Part shown: one piece after another, positions 53,161 to 64,000 of the stretch
How positions within the stretch are numbered: the first letter of the stretch is position 1
How the letters are laid out: each line of letters starts with the position of its first letter
Assembly: GCF_009914755.1 (NCBI RefSeq)
Contig: NC_060930.1
Strand: one strand, 5' to 3'
Source of the DNA: the human T2T-CHM13v2.0 reference genome, Homo sapiens
DNA: 64,000 nt
Translations under genes and position numbers: made by a program
The notes under the pieces: model-generated
What the model saw: only the letters and a program-made list of their open reading frames with translations
Told to the model about the DNA's origin: nothing
Database searches by the model: none

Positions 53161-54507
53161 AAAAAGGGATAAGCCAGAAAAACCTAATTGTTCAAGGATA
53201 TAACACAACTTTCCTTATTCCTATAAAGAAAATTTTTCCAAAATATGTGTCTGGAAGGAGTTAGGCAAAGAAACTCGTGAGTAAAATTGCAGATCTCAGG
53301 AAATGTTGCTTAATTTTTAAAACTAAATGCCATTTAATTTGATTAATGATTAAATATTATGAATCAATATTTAACTTAGTCTTCATAAATTTTTAGTTTA
53401 CACTTTGGCAGCCAGGTCCTAGCATAAAGCAACCACCCTAAAATTTCCTTATGTGTCCTCATGTTAGGCTATTTTTCCTACCTAGAGAATATAATACTTG
53501 AAATGGTTTCTCACTATGCACACTTGAACTTAATTTTGATAATTAAAAATGAAGTTTTCATTATTCATCAACAAAATGGATCAAAAGGAACAGAGTTATT
53601 TATAGAACTGGTTATATCAAATGTGAAGGATTATTATTTCTTTCAAGATTATGTATTGCTTATATTATTGGTGGTAAAATTTCTACCTTTAGTGAAATTA
53701 TTAGCAATAGTAGATAAAATATTTAAAGTTTTTTAAAGCTCAGTACCTATACTTAACAAAAATATAAACTTGACAACCCACTTGACCTCCAGATTTTATT
53801 TCTCCAGTTTCATTTCAGTGAATCAGAACCATAAAGCTGAGCTACTAATATATTTTAAGGAGTGTTAAACTGATAGACACAAGTAGATATCTGTGTATGA
53901 CTGAAAATTCCTAATTAGTTGATTGGTTTAAATACATTCCTTAACCCACAGTTACTTTGATTTTCTTATTTTTAAATATAGAAAATAGGATATATGCTCT
54001 CCCAGTATTCTTCCTGAATTAATATACCATGTTGAATTTTTGTTTTCTCTGTCTTTCCAAAGTTAGAAAAAAAATAAACAAATGAGGAGGGAGACATTTT
54101 CAGTCAATAATAGAACCTTAGCAAGCCAGAAACCTAATGTAGTTATTACTATCAATGATAGATCTTCCTTCAGTAGCTATTGAATAGTAAATATGGCAAT
54201 TCTGAATAATATTAGAACTAAAACAGTTATATAGTTTCTTAAGGCAAGTACTGATGCCTAATGCTATAAAACATTTAGAAAAATAGACCCAATTGATTTC
54301 AGATAACTAAAAACACTCAGAAAAATCATGATTTTCTTCCCTTCATGTTCTTCCAGAGAAGTTCAAATCATAACTGATAATGTGCAAAGAGTAATGACAT
54401 TTGATTTTGAATGTAAATGTTAGAAGTAACTTTCCTCCTGGGGTAGGGAAAACCACCATTTTTAAGGGTTGGTTGACTCAGTCCTTCCAGCCTGCCTTCA
54501 GGATATT

Positions 54508-57015
<2,508 letters not shown>

Positions 57016-57475
57016 AATTATCTCACCAAGCTCTGTCCTGGTAGCTGCAAAGAAACTGGACTATGAATGCGTAAAGCTCACACACACACACAGACACACA
57101 CGAAATAACTTTCCAATTTTTTTTTGAACTTTAAGAAAATTCGAGCCCTTTAAAGCTTAGATCTTGCCTTTAGGCTTTTGCAGATTTATTTAAGATAAAA
57201 TCAATATAGGCCTACTCTCATAGTATGAACCTGATAGCCTACTACAAGCGATATGTTCAGTGATTCTTTCTGGTCCAGAAATTCCAAGCAGATCAGAAGG
57301 AGAGAGAGCAAATGGGTAGGAGTGAATCATGACATTGGATTTATATAGTCCCACAAATTACTCTCTCACAAAGTTCTCTTTCTATTAGAATGGAATGTTT
57401 ATTGACAATATAGATGAAAAGTCGTGGCCTTATATAAATTTGGGAGCCAATTTTTTAATTCAGACCACGAGCAGA

Positions 57476-57490
57476 AAGACAATATGTTCC
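57476..57490. promoter_or_regulatory. Androgen/glucocorticoid response element-like 15-mer
   Basis: AAGACA-ata-TGTTCC versus the consensus AGAACAnnnTGTTCT, about 0.4 kb upstream of the candidate distal exon. Confidence 0.3.
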
Positions 57491-58252
57491 ATGTGATATT
57501 ACTTTAAAATCACTTCCATCAACATGACCTGGAGAAAAACCTCAACAGTCAAACTAATAGTCAAAAATCTCTGATCTAGTAATCACAGTGCACAAATAAA
57601 TAAAATGATGTATACAACTATCTACCAGAGTATGCTGTATATTATCCGAATATTTTTCAAAAGCAAGCAAAAACAAGGATGCTACCTTAGTCTCTCACAA
57701 AGGCATATGTTTAATTGTACCTGTTCCAGGTTCTGTTTCTTTACCTCTCACCTTGTCTGCTAAGGGGACGTTTTTCTCCACTAATATAAGAAGAGGAAGA
57801 ATTTTCTTAATCCATTTACAATTCTTCCTTAATGCAGTTAAGAAAATGACAATATTCCTGTGTAATAGAAGATATTATCATTTCTGTCTTATATGCGAAT
57901 GGAGTATGGTTCTGAGAAGCAATTTAAAATCTCGGAACTATAGAAATCCAGGCCCCATAGCTTCTGAGTCTAGATTTTTAAATAATACTGTCTTCTGCTT
58001 TACATCATTTTAAAACAGATGAGGTAAATGAAACAAAATTAAAAATGCCCTTTCTCTCTTGCATAGTTTTAGTGAGGGTGATATTTCTACTAATTCATAA
58101 ATTGGTCACCAAGAACAAACAATGGGGTCAATCTTCAGCAAACTAGGAAGACATTTTGCACAGAGAAATAATTTTGTGGTGAAAACTCAGATGAAATAAT
58201 GTGAACACGATTCAGAGTTCAATGTGTTTGATGTGGCTATATTAATGAAACA

Positions 58253-58805
58253 TAGGTTGAGTATCCCTTATCCAAAATGCTTGGGACCAGACACGTTTGG
58301 GATTACAAATTTTTTATTTTAAAATATTTGCATATACATAATGAGATATCCTGGGGATGGGACCCAAGTCTAAACATAAACTTATTCACATTTCATATAT
58401 ACTTTAGCCTGAAGATAATTTTATACAATATTTTAAAATAATTTTGTGCATGAACCAAGGTTTGTGTACATTGAACCATCAGAAAGCAAAGGTGTTACTA
58501 TCTCAGCCACCTACTTGGACAATCTGTGGTTGCTTGGCAATGCCATTATTTCTGACTCTAAATATATATGCAATCTATAACCAACAATTTTCTTACAGTT
58601 ATTCACACATAAATACTTAACAGAAAACAATTATGATATACCATTAATATAGTGAAAAATCATGTGTTTAGGCTAACTAAGCAATAGAGTAGCATCACCA
58701 GAATACCTGTATCTGCTGTTAAACAGCAACAACAAACAACAGCAAGTTTTTAGTCTCCACCTATAATGTGTTTTGATTAAAAGCTTACTACACACTGTAT
58801 TTTTT
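58253..58805. mobile_element. Tigger4/MER46-type (TcMar-Tigger) fragment
   Basis: Terminal aggttgagtatcccttatccaaaatgcttgggaccaga and internal ggggatgggacccaagtctaaaca. Truncated by the following L1. Confidence 0.85.
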
Positions 58806-60943
58806 TAACTTCCTCTGTGTTTTCTCCCTCCCATGTTTTTTATCCTTTTCTTTACTTTTATTTTTATTTTTTTGGTACAGAGTGAGTGTATATATTTATG
58901 GGGTACATGAGATATTTTGATACAGGCATACAGTGCATAATAATCACATCAGGGCAAATGAAGTATCCATTACCCCAATTATTTATCCTTTCTTTGTGTT
59001 AAAAATCTAATTCTATTATTTTAGTAATTTTTAAATGTGTGATAAAATATTGTTGACTATAGTCACCTGTTGTGCTATCAAATACTAGATCTTATTTATT
59101 CTATCTAAGTAAATTTTCTCTATCCCTTAACTACCCCCACTTCCCAACCTGCCCCACCCAACAACCTTTTCCAGCCTTTGGTAACCATCATTCTACTCTC
59201 TATCTCCATGAGTTCATTGATTCTAATTTTTAGATGCCACAAATGAATGAGAATATGCAAAGTTTGTCTTTCTGTGCCTGGCTTATTTCACTTAACATAA
59301 TGTCCTCCAGTTCCATCCATGTTGTTGCAAATGACAGTATCTCATTCTTTTTTATGACTGCATAGGACTCCATTGTATATATATGGAGTATATATCACAG
59401 TTTCTTTATTTATTTGTCTATTGATAGGCACTTAGGTTGCTTCCAAATCATGGCTACTGTGAATAGTGCTGCAATAAACATGAGAGTGGAGGTATTTCTT
59501 TGATATACTGATTTCCTTTCTTTTGGCTATATACCTAGCAATGGAATTGCTAGGATCATATAATAGTTCTATTTTTAGTTTTTTGAGAAACCTCCAAACT
59601 GTTCTTCATAGTGGTTGTACTAATTTGCATTCCCACTAACAGTGTACGAGGGTTCCCTTTTCTTCACATCCTTGCCAGCATTTATTATTGCCTGTCTTCT
59701 GCATAAAAGTCATTTTAACTGGGCTAAGATAATATGTCATTGTAGTTTTGATTTGCATTTCTCTGGTCAATGGTGTTGAGCACCTTTTGGTATACTTACT
59801 TGCCATTTGTTTGTCTTCTATTGAGGAATGTGTATTCAGATTTTTGCCTATTTTTAAATCAGATTATTAGAATTTTTTCTTTAGAGTTGTTTCACCTACT
59901 TACATATTCTGGTTATTAAACCTCTGTCAGATAGTTTGTAAATCTTTTCTCCCATTCCTTGGTTTATATTTTCACTTCATTGATTGTTTCCTTTATGGTG
60001 CAGAAGCTTTTAACTTGATGTGATCGTAGTCATCAATTTTTGCTTTGGTTTCCTGTGCTTGTGGGATACTATTCAAAAAATCTTTGCCCAGTCCAATGTC
60101 CTGGAGAATTTCCTCAATGTTTTCTGGCAGCAGTTTCATAGTTTGAGATCTTTGATTTAAGTCTTCAATCCATTTTGATTTGATTTTTGTATACAGCAAG
60201 AGATAGGGTCTAGTTTCATTCTTCTGAATATAGATATCTAGTTTTCCCAGCATCATTTATTGAAGAGAATGTCCTTTCCCCAATGTATGTTATTGACACC
60301 TTTGTTGAAAATGAGTTCACTGTAGATGTATCAATTTGTTTCTAGGTTCTCCATCCTGTTCCATTGGTCTATGGGTCTGTTTTTATGCCAGTACCAAGCA
60401 TTTTCAGTTACTATAGCTCTGTAGTATAATTTGAAGTCAGGTAATGTGATTCCTCCAGTTTCATTCTTTTTACTCAGAATAGTTTTTGCTATTCTAGGTA
60501 TTTTGTGGTTTCATATAAATTTTAGGATTTTTTTTTCTGGTTCTGTGAAGAAGGTCATTGGTATTTTGATGGGGATTGCATTAAATCTGTAGATTGCTTT
60601 GGGTAGTAAGGATGTTTTAATACTATTAATTCTTCCAATCCATGAATCATGGAATATTTTTCCATTTTTGTTTGTTTGTTTGTTTGTTTGTTTTTGTTTT
60701 TGTTTTTTGGTGTTCTCTTCAATTTCCTTCCTTAGTGTTTTATGGTTTTCATTATAAAAATCTTTCACTTTGGTTAAGTTAAATTCTAGATATTCAATTT
60801 TATGTGTGGCTATTGTAAATGGGATTACTTTTTAAATTTCTTTTTTCACATTGTTCACTGTTGGCATATAGAAATGCTACTAATTTTGTATATTGATTTT
60901 GTATCCTGTAACTTTACTGATTTTTTTTTATCAGTTCTAATAG

Positions 60944-60946
<3 letters not shown>

Positions 60947-60988
<42 letters not shown>
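60947..60988. repeat. (TG)21 microsatellite
   Basis: Directly visible. Confidence 0.95.
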
Positions 60989-60991
<3 letters not shown>

Positions 60992-62381
60992 TCTTTAGGT
61001 TTTTCCATATATAAGATCATATTATCTACAAACAAGGATAATTTGACTCTTCCTTTCCAATTTGGATATCTTGTATTTCTTTCTCTTGCCTGATTTCTCT
61101 ATCTAGAACTGCCAGCATTATGTTAAATAGCAGTCATAAAAGTTGGCATCCTTGTCATTATCCAGATCTTAGAGGAAAGGCTTTCAGTTTTTTCCCATTC
61201 AGTATGATATTAGCTGTGTGTGTGTTATATATGGCTTTTATTGTACTGAGGTATGTTTCTTCTATTCCTAGTTTTTTGAGGGCTTTTATTATGGAGAGAT
61301 GTTGAATTTTATTGAATTTTCTTCAGCATCGATTGAAATGATCATATAGTTTTGTCTTTCATTCTGTTACTACAATGTATCACATTGATTTGCTTAGGTT
61401 GAGCCATCCTTACATGCTGCAATAAATCCCACTTGGTCATGATGAATAGTATTTTTAATATTTTGTTGGATTCACTTTGCTAATACTTTGTTGAGGATTT
61501 TTGCATTAATGTTTATCAAGGGTATTGGCCTGTGGTTTTCTTTTTTTGATGTGTCATTTTCTGGTTTTGATACCAGGTTAATTCTGGCCTTGAGGAATGA
61601 GTTTGGAAGTATTCATTCTTCCTCTATTTTTTGTAATAGTTTGAATAGCATTAGTTCTTTAAATGTTTGGTAAAATTCAGCAGTGGCCATTGGGTCCTGG
61701 GCTTTTCTTTGCTATGAGACTATTTCAGTTTCAATCTCATTACTTGTTACTGGTCAGGTTTTAAATTTTTTTATGGTCCAATCCTGTAGGTTGTATGTCT
61801 CTAGGAATTTATTCATTTCTTCTAGGTTTTCCAATTTATTGGCATATAGTTGCTCAGAGTAACCACCAATGATCCTTTGAATTTCTGTGGTATTGGCTGT
61901 AATATCTTTTTCATCTCTGAGTTCATTTATTTGAGTATTCTCTTTTTTATAGTCAGGCTAAAGGTTTGCCAATTTTGTTTACCTTTTCTAAAAACAAACT
62001 TTTGATTTCATTCATCCTTTATATTGTTTTCTTGGTTTTAATTTCATTTATTTCTTCTCTGATCATATTTCTTTTCTTCTACTAATTTTGGGTTTGGTTT
62101 GCTTTTTCTTTTCTAATTCTTTAAGATGCATTATTAGGATGCTTGTTTGAAGTTTTTCTACTTTTGTGATGTAGGCACTTATGGCTATAAATTTTCCTTT
62201 TAGTACTGTTTTCATTGTATCCCATTCATTTGGGTATATTGTGTTTTCACTTTCTTTTGTTTCTAAAAATTTCTAAATTTTTTTCTTAATTTCTTCATTG
62301 ACCCACTGGCCATTCAAGAGCATATTGCTTAATTTCTATGTGTTTGTGAAGTTTCCAAAATTCCTTTGGTTATTGATTTCT

Positions 62382-62760
62382 TTATTTTTTAACTTTTACT
62401 TTAAGTCCGGGGCACATGTGCAATTTTGTTATATTGGTAAGCTTGTGTTACAGGGGTTTGTTGAACTGATTATTTCATCACTCAGGTACTAAGTCCAGTA
62501 CCCAATAGTCATTTTTACTGATCATCTTCCTTCTCGCAACTTCCACCATCCAGTTGGCCTCGGTATCTCTTGTTCCCCTCTATGTGTCCGTACATTCTCA
62601 TCATTTAGCTCCTACTTATAAGTGAGAACATGCAATATTTGTTTTTTGTTCCTGTGTTAGTTCGCTAAGGACAGTGGCCCCATCCATGTCCTTGTAAAGA
62701 ACATGATTTTTTTTTATGGCTGCATGGTATTCCATGGTGTATATGTACCACATTTTCTTT
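62382..62760 (-). mobile_element. L1PA (about 15/16) 3' fragment nested in the L1MA
   Basis: aacttttactttaagtccggggcacatgtgca...tttagctcctacttataagtgagaacatgc...gtaccacattttcttt, splitting the host text ttattgatttct|agtttcatt. Confidence 0.85.
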
Positions 62761-64000
62761 CTAGTTTCATTTCTTTGTGGTCAGATTAGATACTTGATAT
62801 TATTTCAGGTTTTGTTAAATTTTTGGCTTGTTTTGTGAGTTAATGTATAGTTTATGCTTGAGAATGACCCATTTACTGAGCGGAAGAATGCATATTCTGT
62901 AGCCATATGATGAAATGTTCTCTTAACATCTATTAAGTCCATTTGGTCTATAGTGCAGATTAAGGTCAATGTTTCTTTGTTGATTTTCTGTTTGGATGAT
63001 ATGTTCTATGCTGAAAGTAGAGTGTTGAAGTCTCCAGCTATTATTATATTTGTGCCTATCCTCTCTTTATTTCTAATAATATTTGCTTTATATATCTGTG
63101 TCCTCCAGTGTTGAATGCATATATATTTACAATTGTATCCTCTTACTCTATTTACCCTTTGTCATTATATAGGAACTTCTTGTCTCTCTTTACAGTTTTT
63201 GTGTTGAAATCTATTTTATTTGATATAAGTATACCTACTCCAGCTCTTTTTGGGTTTCCATTTCCATTACATATACTTTTCCACCCCTTCATTTTTAGTC
63301 TGTGTGTCTTTATGGGTGAGGTATATTTCTTGTAGGCAACAAATCATTGGGTCTTTTTTCTTTTTATTTTTTGTCTATTCAGCCACTATACATCTTTTGA
63401 TTGGAGAGTTTAATTTATTTATACTAATGTTACTACTGATAAGTAAGAACTTACTCCTGCCATATTGTTATTTGTTTTCTGATTGTTTTGTTGTCTTCTC
63501 TTTCCTCTTTCCCTCCCTCCGGTCTTCCTTTTGTTGAAGGTGACTTTTGTTGGTGGTACGTTTTACTTTTTTGCTTTTTCTTTGTACCTGTTATAGATTG
63601 TTTAATTTGAGGTTACTGTAAGGCTTGCAAATAATACCTAACAATCTATTATTGTAAACTGATTACAACTTAGCACTGATTGCAGAAATAAACACACAAA
63701 GAGAAAACTAATAAAAACTGTACACTTTAACTTCATTCCCCCATTTTTAGCTTCTTATTGTTTCTAAGTATATCTTATTATATAAGATATAATAAGATGT
63801 CTATGTCTTGAAAAGTTGTTATAGTTTTATTTTTGATAAGTTCATCTTTTAGTCTTTCTACCCAAGTTACGAGTAGTTTACATACCACAATTAGTGTTAT
63901 AATATTCTGTATTTTTCTGTGTGCTAACTATTACAAATGAGGTTTGTACCTTCAGATAATTTATATTTACCATTAACCTCCTTTTATTCCAGATTGAAGA

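Larger units (their letters stand above)
58850..64000 (-). mobile_element. L1MA (about L1MA3-4) long element, running off the window end
   Basis: Antisense 3'UTR (tatatttatggggtacatgagatattttgatacaggcat) followed by collinear, decayed ORF2 (ORFs 59993, 60511) and inter-ORF sequence. Confidence 0.92.

Overview
AT-rich, repeat-dense primate genomic DNA, most likely human (AluY/S/J, L1PA/L1M, MIR, L2, MaLR/ERV LTRs, MER/Tigger DNA transposons). It contains one complete protein-coding gene on the minus strand: CRISP1 (cysteine-rich secretory protein 1, epididymal CAP-superfamily protein). I assembled 7 coding exons by hand (37361->15279). All have GT-AG junctions with matching phases and total 750 nt = 249 aa + TAG, with a signal peptide, a CAP domain and 16 mature cysteines. 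There is also a non-coding first exon near 46390-46500 and a 3'UTR with AATAAA at 14710 and 14241. Almost all ORFs in the supplied track are transposon debris or chance ORFs. I see no prokaryote-type system (CRISPR, operon, etc.) and cannot claim a wholly new system. The best leads concern transposons shaping CRISP1. (1) An inverted AluJ/AluY pair brackets exon 7, whose skipping gives an NMD-escaping 178-aa CAP-only protein, reminiscent of the TBXT Alu-pair mechanism. (2) The first exon and its splice donor lie in the 5' head of a MIR SINE. (3) A candidate upstream first exon uses an antisense L1 donor and would add uORFs. (4) There is a clear twin-primed L1 inversion, a CTCF/YY1-like site, and several template-switch palindromes and micro-duplications. 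Exon numbering counts the non-coding exon at about 46.4 kb as exon 1. Repeat boundaries and subfamilies are by eye and approximate.
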